Part shown: positions 32,544 through 42,457 of the stretch, piece after piece
Layout of the letters: the number at the start of each line of letters is the position of its first letter
Numbering within the stretch: the first letter of the stretch is position 1
Assembly: GCA_964013675.1 (NCBI GenBank)
Contig: CAXGXE010000002.1
Span: 1 to 63,138, forward strand
Direction: 5' to 3'
DNA length: 63,138 nucleotides
From: an uncultured Verrucomicrobiales bacterium
Lineage (GTDB): Bacteria > Verrucomicrobiota > Verrucomicrobiia > Limisphaerales > UBA1100
Notes under the pieces: model-generated
What the model saw: only the letters and a program-made list of their open reading frames with translations
What the model was told of the DNA's origin: nothing
Database searches by the model: none
Translations under genes and position numbers: made by a program

Positions 32544-33590
32544 TTAGCGATGTTCGCCGGCCAGGACGTCGCGGGGTTTCAAATCGAGATCGAAGGGCTC
32601 CAGTGGCATGGGGCGGTCGTGATCCAGATACTCTTCGCACACGGTAAATAATTCGTCGGCGGTCGTGACGCGGCGGATGCGGTGCAGGAAATCGCCGGTG
32701 GGCTCGATGCCGATGGCGATGTAGTTGAAATACTTTTTCATTTTCTGCACATAGGCACGGTCCTTTAGGCTGGGTGGGCGCACGATTTCGAACAGGTCGC
32801 GCAGATACTGCAACACATCATGGCCGACGGGCATGAACGGGGTTTCTCCGGCCAGCGACTGGCGGATTTGATGGAAGAGCCAAGGATTGCGGATGGCGCC
32901 GCGACCGATCATTAGGCCGGCGGCGCGGGTATCGGTCAGGACTTCGGCGGCTTTGGCGGCGGAATAGACGTTGCCATTGGCGAGCACGGGGCAGGGTAGG
33001 GTGTCGACGGCGCGGGCGATGTAATCGTAATGCACGCCGCTGCGGTAGCCTTCGCGGACGGTGCGGCCGTGCACGGTGAGTAGATCGATTTGATGACGCG
33101 TGAAGATTGGGAGGAGTTCGGCAAACACGCCGGGATCATCGAAACCAATGCGGGTCTTGACGGTGAACGGAATTTGCATGACCTCGCGCAGCGCTCCGAG
33201 TATGGAATCCACCCGGTCGGGTTCGCGTAGAAGACCGCCGCCGGCGCATTTCTTGTAAACCACCGGCGCCGGGCAGCCGAGATTCAGATCGATGGCGGCG
33301 ACCGGATGCTGCTGGAGTTCTTGCGCTGCGGCGACCAATGACGGAATGTGGTTGCCGATCATTTGGGCCACGGCTGGTTTGCCGGTGGGGTTGTGCGTGA
33401 TGGACTTGAGGATGGGCCGCTCCAGCTTGAAGCCTTCGCGGATTCGGAAATACTCGGTGTAGTACAGGTCCGGTCCGCCGTAGCGCGTCATAAGCTTCCA
33501 GAATGGCAGATCGGTGACATCCTGCATGGGCGCCAGCGCGGTGCAGGGTGTGCGGGTGAGAGTCTCCTGAAATGCTTCGGCGGAGGTCAC
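32544..33590 (-). CDS. dus: tRNA-dihydrouridine synthase
   Basis: ALAPMQDVTDLPFW, AIDLNLGCPAPVV, LTVHGRT and GLMIGRGAIRNPWLF are Dus-family motifs. Confidence 0.85.
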   Translation of the reverse strand: MTSAEAFQETLTRTPCTALAPMQDVTDLPFWKLMTRYGGPDLYYTEYFRIREGFKLERPILKSITHNPTGKPAVAQMIGNHIPSLVAAAQELQQHPVAAIDLNLGCPAPVVYKKCAGGGLLREPDRVDSILGALREVMQIPFTVKTRIGFDDPGVFAELLPIFTRHQIDLLTVHGRTVREGYRSGVHYDYIARAVDTLPCPVLANGNVYSAAKAAEVLTDTRAAGLMIGRGAIRNPWLFHQIRQSLAGETPFMPVGHDVLQYLRDLFEIVRPPSLKDRAYVQKMKKYFNYIAIGIEPTGDFLHRIRRVTTADELFTVCEEYLDHDRPMPLEPFDLDLKPRDVLAGEHR

Positions 33591-33647
33591 GGTGTAATTT
33601 TCGCTTTGCTTGGGCAGCCGCTCTCGCTACCTTACGTCCCTCACGGT

Positions 33648-33721
33648 TGTCCCGTGGTGTAATGGTAGCACAGGGGTTTTTGGTACCTCTAGTTGGGGTT
33701 CGAGTCCCTGCGGGACAACCA
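33648..33721 (+). tRNA. tRNA-Gln (anticodon UUG), CCA encoded
   Basis: Hand-folded cloverleaf. Acceptor TGTCCCG/CGGGACA (U1-A72, as in tRNA-Gln). D arm GTGT-AATGGTA-GCAC. Anticodon arm GGGGT-TTTTGGT-ACCTC (anticodon TTG, G37). 4-nt variable loop. T arm TGGGG-TTCGAGT-CCCTG. Discriminator A plus CCA. Confidence 0.8.
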
Positions 33722-33743
33722 TTTTTACCTTCGCCGACGCGGC

Positions 33744-36700
33744 TTAATCCTCGCTGAACAGGAATTCCAAATCCGTCTTGTCGAGGCTCTTGGCAAACCC
33801 TTCCTCGCCGAGCACGTCGGAGATAGTTTGGCGTTTGTCCTGTTGGAGGTTCCAAATTTTCTCCTCAACCGTGCCGGGGGCAATAAGCTTGTAAGCGTTC
33901 ACCGTTTTGGTTTGGCCAATGCGGTGGGTCCGGTCGATGGCCTGCGCTTCCACGGCGGGGTTCCACCATGGATCGTAGAGCACCACGTAACTGGCGGTGG
34001 TGAGGTTCAGGCCCGTGCCGGCCGCGCGGAGGCTGAGCAGGAACACGCCGGCTCCTTCGGATTCCTGGAAGGCATTGACGACTTCTTGCCGGTCCTTGGT
34101 TTCGCCGGTGAGCATGTGCGTGGGAATCTCTCGTGTGCCGCAATCCTTTTCCAGAATCTTGAGCATCTGCACAAATTGGCTGAACACGAGCACCTTTTCG
34201 CCCTGCGCCACCAGCGGCTCGAGCAGATCGAACAACGCCTCGGTTTTGCCGGAGGCATGATCGCTGCCCACCAGTGTGGGGTGACAGCAAATCTGGCGCA
34301 GGCGCGTCAACGCTGCGAGCACCTGCATGCGGCTCTTAGCCACGCCTTTGGTCTGGATGGTTTCCATGACCTTCTCGCGGCTGCGACGTAACTCGGCGAG
34401 GTAGAGCTTGCGCTGGTCCTTGCCCAGTTCGCAATCGTGCCGTTGCTCGATGCGGTCGGGTAGATCCTTGGCCACCTGTTTTTTCACGCGGCGCAACAGG
34501 ATGGGGCGCAGGCGCGAGGACAAGCGCTTGCGCGCGATGCGGCGATTGGCCACGGCCTCTTCGCTGTCGCCGCCACCGGGATCGTACATTTCATGGAAAT
34601 GTTTCTCGTCGCCGAGATAGCCCGGCTGCACGAAATCCACAATGCTCCAAAGATCGAGTAGCCGGTTCTCCAGCGGGGTGCCGGTGAGGGCTAGCCGAAT
34701 CTTGCACTTTAGCTGCTTCACCGACTGCGTCACCTGCGCGCCGGGGTTCTTAATGAACTGCGCTTCGTCTAGCACGATGGCGTTGAACTTGTACGTTTGC
34801 AAATCCTCCAGATCGCGGCGGAGCAGGGAGTAGTTGGTGACCACAATATCGTGATCGGGAATCTTCTTGCGCAAGCGATGCCGCGCCGCGCCGCTCTCTA
34901 GTACCAGCACCGACATGTCGGGCGTGAACTTCGCGGCTTCCCGGCGCCAGTTGTGCATCACCGATGCCGGGCAGATCACCAACGACGGATTGGATTTGCC
35001 GCGTTTCTTCTGCTTCTTGAGCCAGGAAAGATAGGTGAGTGTCTGGAGGGTTTTGCCCAAGCCCATGTCGTCGGCCAGAATGCCCCCCAGACCCATGCTC
35101 TTGAGGTGGCACAGGAAATCAAAGCCCTGCTGCTGGTATGGACGCAACTCGGCTTGAATGTTGTTCGGAATGCTCTTGGCTGGGATGCCCTCAAAGGTCT
35201 CAATGCGCGACCGCAGTTTCTGCGCCTGCTTGGAGTCACCGAACATCGCCAGCGAATCCTCGCCCAAGTGCGCGGCCTGCTCCATGGCGATCTTCTGCGT
35301 GCCCGGATCGAGGCCGTTAAGGCCGAGGTCGGCCATGGCTTCCTGCGCCTGTTGCGTTGCGTTTTCGTCCAGTTGCACCCAGCCTTTGTTGGGCAGTTTG
35401 ACAAAACGGCCGGTCGCCTGCGCGAGGCTTGCCAAATCCTTCTTGGTCAGCTTCAGCCCTTCCTCTTCCCACTCGGCCGAAACGGACAACCAATCAATGC
35501 CGCTGCCTTTCACCACCAACTTCGGCTTAAGGCGCTTGGGCTTGAGGAACAGGCGCTGGAAGGAATCGTTGCCCAGAAATTCCGCATCTTTCGGGCGATC
35601 ATCCCAGACGCTGGCGAGCACTTGCAGAAAATTTTCGTTCGCATCCCCAATCCATAAACCGGGCTCCGGCGTGAACCAATCCAACTGGCGTAGCCAATTC
35701 ACCGCGGGATCCAGGCGATCATCCTCCAGCACTTGCGGCCGCTTGGCTTTGCGGCGGCCGGTGGTAATGATCTTCCATTCGTGTCCGGTCCATTCCCATT
35801 GGCTGGCGTCCTTGGCCTTGGCCTGCAAACGTAGTTCCAGCCGGTCACCGTGCAGTTCAAACACAAACCGCGGATGCGCTTCCAACGAATCGCACAGCTT
35901 GCTCCAGTCCACCCCTTCGCTGTGATGAGACCGCCGCAGCTCGGTGATAAAGCGTGTGCTCAGCTTGGTGATGGGCGCGCGCGGATTGGCAACCCACTTG
36001 GTGAGCAGCTTGGCTGGCGGGCTGTTGCGCAGGAAATAAAATGTGCTGTTCCAGAGAACCAAGGTCGGTCGGCCGGCAAAGAACACCGCCTCCTGCATGG
36101 GCGCCTCCGCGCCGTCGGGGAGGAGGAGCTGATGTGTGAAGGCCAGCTCGGCTGTGCCATTGCGCAGGCTGGGCGACAGCTCGGTGAGCTGCCCAAGAAA
36201 ACGATGTTGCGGTGCATCCAGCTCCGGGAACAAACGGGATTCCTCCCCCCAATGGGCGAGCCACTGAAGGAGTTGCGGTCCGGACAAAAATAAATCGCCC
36301 GTGCCGGCTTCCTCGCCGAATTGGTCGGTGGCCCACTCGATGAATTCCCAGTCCGCCGCGTCAAACTGTTTCTTTTCAGTGGAACCTTTCGCGACCAGCT
36401 TGGTCAATTGCGCGAGCGATTTCTTTCGGTTGCCGCTGGTGGACCCGACATAAAACTCAATCTTCAGTAGGTGCAGGCTGGAATTCGTATCCTCCGATTC
36501 GGCCGTGGCCACTGCGGTCACTGTCGTCAGCTCGGGCGCGGCTTTCTTAGCCTTTGCTGGCTGTTTAGTCTTCGCGGCGGTTGCCGGATCGGCCAGCCAT
36601 TTGGCCAACTGCTTGGCCGGTGGGCAGTTGCGCAGGAAATAAAAGGTGTTGTTCCAAAGTACCAGCGTCGGCCGGCCGGTGAAAAACACGGCGTCCTGCA

Positions 36701-37604
36701 CCGGCACCCTGTGGCCATCGGGTAGAGTCAGCTGGCGTTGGTCGCGGCCTTTGGCTTCAGTGAGTTCCGCCAGTTGGCCGAGGAATTGGTGATGCGCTTT
36801 GTTTACCGCCGGTTGCAGGCGGGATTCATCGCCCCAATGGGCGAGCCATTGCAGGAGCTGTTGGCCGGAGAGGAAGAGATCACCCTTGCCGGCATCGGCA
36901 GCGAAATTCTCAGTCACCCATTCAATGAATTCCCAGTCGTTTGGCGGGAATAATTCTTTCTCATGAGCGGCGCGCACGGTGAGGTCCACGAGGTTCGATA
37001 GTGATTTCTTGCGATCACCGGTGCGCGGGCGGCGGATGATGAATTCAATTTTCAGCCGATGCAGGTTGCAGCCGGCACGCTCAGGCATCGGAGTGGCCAC
37101 GGCGCGAATGGACGCGCGCGGGGCATCGAGGTGATTCGGCGCGGGTGGGAACATCCAGTTCTCCAGTTCAGTGAACACCGCCCTTTCTCTCTCGGCCTTT
37201 TCAATTTCATTGAACCGCTTGAGGTTCGCGTGCTCGGACAATTCCGAGGGCATTTGCCGGCCGGTTCGCAGGAACACAATCGACAAGGCTTCGAGCCGTT
37301 TCTTGCCCTTGACCGCCACCACATCCTTCCACCAATCGTCGCCGGGGAAATCCTTGCGGCTGAGCTTAAGTTTGTTGAAATAATCCTCGAGCAGAATCCA
37401 AGCGCGCTGGGAATCCTTGCAGGTGGCGAAGAGATCGAGCAATTCCCCGCGATCATTTTTGTCCTCGCGGGTATCGGAAAGTTCGCGGCGCAATTCAGCC
37501 AGCATACCGTACGCATCATCCAGCGCCGAAGCGTGGGCGTCGTATTTCATAGCGGCCCCACTCTTAGGAGCTGGCTTACGTGTACCTTTTTTACCGCGTG
37601 GCAT
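33744..37604 (-). CDS. SNF2/RapA-family helicase with an internally duplicated N-terminal domain
   Basis: The C-terminal half has SNF2 motifs (LADDMGLGKTLQ, VLDEAQFIKN, LALTGTPLENRL, VLVFSQF, LSLRAAGTGLNLT, DPWWNPAVEAQAIDRTHRIGQ). The N-terminal half holds two roughly 165-aa repeats. Confidence 0.85.
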   Translation of the reverse strand: MPRGKKGTRKPAPKSGAAMKYDAHASALDDAYGMLAELRRELSDTREDKNDRGELLDLFATCKDSQRAWILLEDYFNKLKLSRKDFPGDDWWKDVVAVKGKKRLEALSIVFLRTGRQMPSELSEHANLKRFNEIEKAERERAVFTELENWMFPPAPNHLDAPRASIRAVATPMPERAGCNLHRLKIEFIIRRPRTGDRKKSLSNLVDLTVRAAHEKELFPPNDWEFIEWVTENFAADAGKGDLFLSGQQLLQWLAHWGDESRLQPAVNKAHHQFLGQLAELTEAKGRDQRQLTLPDGHRVPVQDAVFFTGRPTLVLWNNTFYFLRNCPPAKQLAKWLADPATAAKTKQPAKAKKAAPELTTVTAVATAESEDTNSSLHLLKIEFYVGSTSGNRKKSLAQLTKLVAKGSTEKKQFDAADWEFIEWATDQFGEEAGTGDLFLSGPQLLQWLAHWGEESRLFPELDAPQHRFLGQLTELSPSLRNGTAELAFTHQLLLPDGAEAPMQEAVFFAGRPTLVLWNSTFYFLRNSPPAKLLTKWVANPRAPITKLSTRFITELRRSHHSEGVDWSKLCDSLEAHPRFVFELHGDRLELRLQAKAKDASQWEWTGHEWKIITTGRRKAKRPQVLEDDRLDPAVNWLRQLDWFTPEPGLWIGDANENFLQVLASVWDDRPKDAEFLGNDSFQRLFLKPKRLKPKLVVKGSGIDWLSVSAEWEEEGLKLTKKDLASLAQATGRFVKLPNKGWVQLDENATQQAQEAMADLGLNGLDPGTQKIAMEQAAHLGEDSLAMFGDSKQAQKLRSRIETFEGIPAKSIPNNIQAELRPYQQQGFDFLCHLKSMGLGGILADDMGLGKTLQTLTYLSWLKKQKKRGKSNPSLVICPASVMHNWRREAAKFTPDMSVLVLESGAARHRLRKKIPDHDIVVTNYSLLRRDLEDLQTYKFNAIVLDEAQFIKNPGAQVTQSVKQLKCKIRLALTGTPLENRLLDLWSIVDFVQPGYLGDEKHFHEMYDPGGGDSEEAVANRRIARKRLSSRLRPILLRRVKKQVAKDLPDRIEQRHDCELGKDQRKLYLAELRRSREKVMETIQTKGVAKSRMQVLAALTRLRQICCHPTLVGSDHASGKTEALFDLLEPLVAQGEKVLVFSQFVQMLKILEKDCGTREIPTHMLTGETKDRQEVVNAFQESEGAGVFLLSLRAAGTGLNLTTASYVVLYDPWWNPAVEAQAIDRTHRIGQTKTVNAYKLIAPGTVEEKIWNLQQDKRQTISDVLGEEGFAKSLDKTDLEFLFSED

Positions 37605-37815
37605 CTTAAATTCTCAAAAAATAGGAAAGACTATCCATTGCAAACAGGGCTTTACCCGTCAATACGAAAACGGTTTTTTTAGGGACACTTGTAAAAAAGG
37701 GCGTTTTTCGGGCCAACTTTGTGCGGGTTTTCCTGAACTTTTGTTCACAAATATTATTGAGAACGTGAACAATACTACGTTGTGTCCAAAGTTCTAGCGC
37801 GTAATCTGACCGGCG

Positions 37816-38238
37816 GTGAGAATGCCAAGGAGACTCGCCATCCACACATTGCTGGCTATTGGTGTCTGCATTCCCCTTGTGGGATGTAAAAGCATCAAGA
37901 GCATTGGACAGCCGTCGGAAGAAAACTCGACAACTACGGGCAGTGACACAAACGTCACTACCCCGCCGGCCCAAGGCAGCCAAGCCAAGCCGGGCACTAC
38001 GCCCGTGTCCTACGCACAACAAGGCAAAGTGATGTTGGTGGATCAGTCGCTGGGATTTTGCGTGGTGGACTTTATGTTCGTTGCCAAGATGCCGCCAGCC
38101 GAACAACGCTATTTTGTCTACCGGGGAAATCAGCAGGTGGGAGAGATTGTAACCACCAGTCAAACTGATGAAACGTTCCTGGTGGCTGATATCAACAAGG
38201 GGGACATCCGTGAGGGCGACTCTGTTCGCCCCGAATAG
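37816..38238 (+). CDS. Small hypothetical lipoprotein
   Basis: Lipobox IPLVGCKS. 140 aa. No recognisable motif. Confidence 0.55.
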   Translation: MRMPRRLAIHTLLAIGVCIPLVGCKSIKSIGQPSEENSTTTGSDTNVTTPPAQGSQAKPGTTPVSYAQQGKVMLVDQSLGFCVVDFMFVAKMPPAEQRYFVYRGNQQVGEIVTTSQTDETFLVADINKGDIREGDSVRPE

Positions 38239-38289
38239 TACGGATGGGTGGAGAAGGGCCCCGGGGAAAACCTCGGGGCTCTTTTTATT

Positions 38290-38604
38290 TTATTGCTCGG
38301 CCGGCTCCGGCGCGGGTGATTGCGGCTTCTTCTTGTAGGGCGAATGGAGGTTAAAATAAATGCCGCACATCGGCAACGGGCCGCCATCCACCTGGCTTAG
38401 AATAATGGTTACCTGATTATCCAGTGCAATCCCGTGCCGCATGCCTTCGCCGCGCGTTTCGTAGGCGCGGATCGCCTTGACCAACAAACTCTCCAGCGCC
38501 ACCTGGCAATCATCAGGCGTTTTATCCAGACACACGATATGCTTGTCGTACGACTTCACCGCCGCCGCGATCTCTTCAGTAAACATATCTGGAGTCAGGT
38601 CCAT
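38290..38604 (-). CDS. Hypothetical protein (104 aa)
   Basis: Isolated ORF filling the gap between the lipoprotein and yggS. No motif recognised. Coding status is uncertain. Confidence 0.4.
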   Translation of the reverse strand: MDLTPDMFTEEIAAAVKSYDKHIVCLDKTPDDCQVALESLLVKAIRAYETRGEGMRHGIALDNQVTIILSQVDGGPLPMCGIYFNLHSPYKKKPQSPAPEPAEQ

Positions 38605-38687
38605 AAAGGGGCGGAACGTATCATGTGCTTAAATTGAAATCACTCCCAAAATGAGATGTATTTTCAACTATACTGAGACTCAGGAGT

Positions 38688-39386
38688 TTAATCCTTATTG
38701 GCCGCTGCGCGTGGGCCGAAGAGGGTGGTGCCGAGGCGGATCAAGGTAGCGCCTTCCTCAATGGCGATTTCGTAATCGCCGCTCATGCCCATGGATAGCT
38801 CTGGCAGGGGCGCGCCCAGTTGATCTTCACAGGCATTTTTGAGTTCGCGCAGTTTTTGAAAATAAGGCCGGGCACTTTCGGGGTGGCGGGAGAAGGGCGC
38901 CATGGTCATCAGGCCGTGGAGTTCGAGTTGGGGGAAATCGGAAAAGGGATCCATGGCGGCAACTGCGGCTTCCGGGGTGAAGCCGTGTTTGCTTGCTTCG
39001 CCAGAGACATTAACCTCCAGAAGTATGGGCATGACTTTGGCAGCCTGTTCGCAGCGTTTGTTGAGTTCGGCGGCCAGATGTAGGCTATCCACAGCGTGCA
39101 GGAAATCAAACAGGGCGACGGCGTCCCGGCATTTGTTGGTTTGAAGGTTGCCGATGAAATGCCAGCGCAGATGACCTGGGCAATCGGAAATCTTGGCCTT
39201 GGCTTCCTGCACGCGATTTTCGCCGAAGAGCGTGAGGCCGGCTTCGGCGGCTTCGCGGATGATCGGAGCCGGGAATTTTTTACCCACCGCGATCAGTTGC
39301 ACATCCTCAGGCGCGCGGCCGGCGCGGTCGCAGGCGGCGGCAATGCGTTCCTGCACGGCGGCCAGGTTGTCGGCGATGTTCGGCAC
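38688..39386 (-). CDS. yggS: YggS-family pyridoxal-phosphate homeostasis protein
   Basis: LIAVGKKFPAPIIREAAEAGLTLFGENRVQE (PLP lysine), WHFIGNLQTNK and LSMGMSGDYEIAIEEGATLIRLGTTLFG are typical YggS/YBL036C motifs. Confidence 0.85.
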   Translation of the reverse strand: MPNIADNLAAVQERIAAACDRAGRAPEDVQLIAVGKKFPAPIIREAAEAGLTLFGENRVQEAKAKISDCPGHLRWHFIGNLQTNKCRDAVALFDFLHAVDSLHLAAELNKRCEQAAKVMPILLEVNVSGEASKHGFTPEAAVAAMDPFSDFPQLELHGLMTMAPFSRHPESARPYFQKLRELKNACEDQLGAPLPELSMGMSGDYEIAIEEGATLIRLGTTLFGPRAAANKD

Positions 39387-39464
39387 GCCGGGATGTTAGT
39401 GTGAATGGCGGGTGGTGAGTAGGATTTTCGTGACGAATCCCTTTGCGCCATTCATTACTCGTGC

Positions 39465-39878
39465 ATGAACTATTGGCTGGTGAAACAGGAGCCGGAAAAA
39501 TATCCGTGGTCACAGTTTGTTAAGGATCAGGGCACATACTGGGATGGCGTACGGAATTATCAAGCGCGTAATAATTTGCGTGCCATGAAAAAAGGTGACC
39601 ATGTTTTTTTCTACCACAGCGTTAGCGAAAAGGCCATCGTGGGAGTGGCCAAAGTTACACGTGAGGCATATCCTGATCCTACGGCCAAGGAAGGTGACTG
39701 GAGTGTGGTTGATCTAAAGCCTGTCAAAGCTATGGTCGAACCTGTGACTTTGGAGCAGATCAAGGCTGAAGCGAAATTGTCTGAGATTGCGCTGATTAAA
39801 CAAAGCCGACTTTCTGTGATGCCGTTGCGTTCGCCTGAATTCCGGCGAATACTACAGCTAGGTCAAACGAAGATTTGA
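39465..39878 (+). CDS. EVE (PUA-like) domain protein
   Basis: MNYWLVKQEPEKY.W...........WDGVRNYQARNNLRAMKKGDHVFFYHS...IVG follows the EVE/THYN1 pattern. Confidence 0.8.
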   Translation: MNYWLVKQEPEKYPWSQFVKDQGTYWDGVRNYQARNNLRAMKKGDHVFFYHSVSEKAIVGVAKVTREAYPDPTAKEGDWSVVDLKPVKAMVEPVTLEQIKAEAKLSEIALIKQSRLSVMPLRSPEFRRILQLGQTKI

Positions 39879-39909
39879 GTTTAACTTATTTTTCATTACA
39901 ATTCCATTT

Positions 39910-40914
39910 ATGTTGGCTGAAACTAAAAAAGCTGCCATCCCAAAAAACTGGGCGGAGCTCTGCGATCCAATACAGCCGTTTTTGGATGAGGCATCTGATC
40001 GCCTGCAGGATGAGGTAAAGAACTTCGATCCCCAGATAGCCACTTTTGTGCAGTACGCGTTGGTAAGTCGGGGCAAACAGCTCCGTCCGGCACTTGTGGC
40101 TTTGGCTGCGCGAGCGGCTGGTGGGATCAAGCCGCAGCATGTTGATATCGCGGTAATCATTGAAATGGTGCACCTCGCCACTTTAGTCCACGACGACGTG
40201 GTTGATGGTGCTGAGGTACGTCGAAACCGTCCGACATTGGCCGCTAACTGGGGCAACAAGGTTTCGGTGCTGGCTGGGGACTGCCTGTTTGCCGAGGCGT
40301 TGAGGCTAGCGGCTACGTTGCCTTCTACTGAGGTATGCCGTTTGGTAAGTCAATCGGCCAAGATTGTTTGCACCGGTGAAATTCGCCAAACCTTGCAGCG
40401 AGGTAACTTCGAACTGGGCCGTGAGGAATATCTGGAATTGGTGCGAATGAAAACTGCCGAGCTTTTTTCATTGGCCTGCGAATTGGGCGCGCGGTTTGCC
40501 GCGCCAAATGAGCCGCAAGTGCACTCGGCCCTGCGGAATTATGGCGAGCAACTCGGTACGGCTTATCAAATTTACGATGATTGCTTGGATGTGTTCGGCG
40601 AAGAGGTTCGCGCGGGCAAATCGCTGCGCACCGATCTTATTACCGGAAAGGCAACGTTGCCGGTGTTGATCGCCCTGGAGCGCGCGGATGAAATCGAGCA
40701 CAAGGCGTGGCTCTCGATGCTCAAGGACGGAGGTGAACAGGTGAACACCATTCGCGATGGTCTATTGGCCCGCCAAATTCCAATGGCCTGTCGCGAGGTG
40801 GTGGAAGGCTACATTCAACGAGCCAACGACAGCGTTGTTGATTTGCCGGCGGCTTCGGCATTGCACGGGCTTTCGGCTTGCTTGACAGAACAGCTGGATT
40901 TGCTCAGCGAATAA
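39910..40914 (+). CDS. Long-chain polyprenyl diphosphate synthase (IspB-like)
   Basis: First DDxxD block LVHDDVVDG.EVRR, second block YQIYDDCLD, GK..R.DL..GK.TLP. Confidence 0.85.
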   Translation: MLAETKKAAIPKNWAELCDPIQPFLDEASDRLQDEVKNFDPQIATFVQYALVSRGKQLRPALVALAARAAGGIKPQHVDIAVIIEMVHLATLVHDDVVDGAEVRRNRPTLAANWGNKVSVLAGDCLFAEALRLAATLPSTEVCRLVSQSAKIVCTGEIRQTLQRGNFELGREEYLELVRMKTAELFSLACELGARFAAPNEPQVHSALRNYGEQLGTAYQIYDDCLDVFGEEVRAGKSLRTDLITGKATLPVLIALERADEIEHKAWLSMLKDGGEQVNTIRDGLLARQIPMACREVVEGYIQRANDSVVDLPAASALHGLSACLTEQLDLLSE

Positions 40915-40919
40915 GGTGC

Positions 40920-42299
40920 CTACAGGCGCGGTCGCTGGAACACATATTTTTCCCCGCGCAATGATTCAACCGTGAGCAGCAGGCGGTCTGGAAACATTTG
41001 CAGCGACACCGGGCTGTTCGCCATTCCCCACTTCCAATGTGTCTTAAAGCTGCCGCCGGGCTTTTTCTCCCATGCGCCCTGAGCAAGAAGTTGGATTTGG
41101 CGACCGCTGGCGGATTCGGGAATGACCGGCAGGAAGTCGCGGGGCGACACATTCTCGCGCTGTGCGGTAGCTGTTTGTCCGAGGGCGCGTTCGGGAAATG
41201 TGCGGCCTTCCAAATAACAGGTGCCATCGGAAAAACTTAGGGCCAAGTCGGCCGCCAGCTCCTGAAAATAATGCTCGAGCGCCGTGCGTTCTGCGGCGTT
41301 CATTTTGGGATAACGAGATTTAAACTGCGCCAATGTCTGGGAAGCATCTAGCCGCCAACTGCCCAGCAACGGCGCCCGGCCTTGGAGAGCCAAGGTGTGT
41401 GGGGCGTACTGCGCGGATTGACCGGTTTGCAGGTAGTTTCTGAGATCCAGTAAATCCACCTGCGCGATTTGCGCGCTCAAATCCGGATCGGTCCAGGCCG
41501 CCTTAAGCTGAGGATTGACCAGCAGTTGATGGAGATTGGTGCGGTGGTGAAGCCCCATGAAAAATGTGTTAGTCGTCCACACATGAGCCAGTTGGGCGAC
41601 GCGCGGATGGTGAGCGCTATCCACCAAACCGGGATAACCCAACAGGCGCGATCGGAATTGGCGAATGTGCATCAGGTTGTTTGTGCTGCAGTTTTGATAA
41701 ACCAAACCGGCAACCTCGGCGGCGGTGTAAAAATCGGACGGAACTGGGTCCAGCCAACGGGCCACAGGCGTGAGCCCTAGTGCAGCGCCGTCGCGATACA
41801 GCCGCGCGGCCCAGCGCTGGCTGAAAGGATCCTGCTGCGGTTGCGCCGCGGGAATTTGGTTGGCCAAAAAGCCCAACGGCAAAGTCAGGGTCAAGATCAT
41901 CCAGCTGGCACAGATACTTAGGCCCCCGCCCAGCACTAGGCCGAGGCGATGGTTCAACCGCTGCCAGGCTTCCTGCCGATCCGCAGGCCAATGAGCATGC
42001 AGTTTCGTTGCCAACGGTTCGTGCAACAATTGACCGACCAAGCCCAAGAAAAGGAGCGCTAGCGCGAAGGCCCAGGCAAAGTCGGCCCCCATTAGCCGGC
42101 TGAGTGGATGGTCGGGCAGGAGAAAATCCGGCATGGCATGGCGCAACCACGGTGCGGCACCCGCGGACAGCAAGCCGGCCGAGCAAAGGAGCGCCAGCCG
42201 CAAGCCACCGGCCCGATGCCCCAGTGCGAGGCCTCCAGCAAGCAGGGCTGTTGCCAGCAGCAGCACCGAGTCGCCGGGAAACCAAGCCAACACCATCAT
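40920..42299 (-). CDS. Hypothetical membrane protein (N-terminal multi-TM region plus soluble C-domain)
   Basis: 459 aa. It has several hydrophobic helices in the first roughly 150 aa. No motif recognised. Confidence 0.55.
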   Translation of the reverse strand: MMVLAWFPGDSVLLLATALLAGGLALGHRAGGLRLALLCSAGLLSAGAAPWLRHAMPDFLLPDHPLSRLMGADFAWAFALALLFLGLVGQLLHEPLATKLHAHWPADRQEAWQRLNHRLGLVLGGGLSICASWMILTLTLPLGFLANQIPAAQPQQDPFSQRWAARLYRDGAALGLTPVARWLDPVPSDFYTAAEVAGLVYQNCSTNNLMHIRQFRSRLLGYPGLVDSAHHPRVAQLAHVWTTNTFFMGLHHRTNLHQLLVNPQLKAAWTDPDLSAQIAQVDLLDLRNYLQTGQSAQYAPHTLALQGRAPLLGSWRLDASQTLAQFKSRYPKMNAAERTALEHYFQELAADLALSFSDGTCYLEGRTFPERALGQTATAQRENVSPRDFLPVIPESASGRQIQLLAQGAWEKKPGGSFKTHWKWGMANSPVSLQMFPDRLLLTVESLRGEKYVFQRPRL

Positions 42300-42457
42300 G
42301 AGCCGAAGTTAGTTGATACTGCGATTCTTGCACTGAAAAGTGATTAACATTGATGATTGTCTCCCGTCGTTTCTTGCGGTAGTCGTTTCGAATTGCAGGG
42401 GAGGTTCAGGCGTCTTATGGAAGACTCTCTGAAAACGGAGCTACTCCCACCGCAGTT

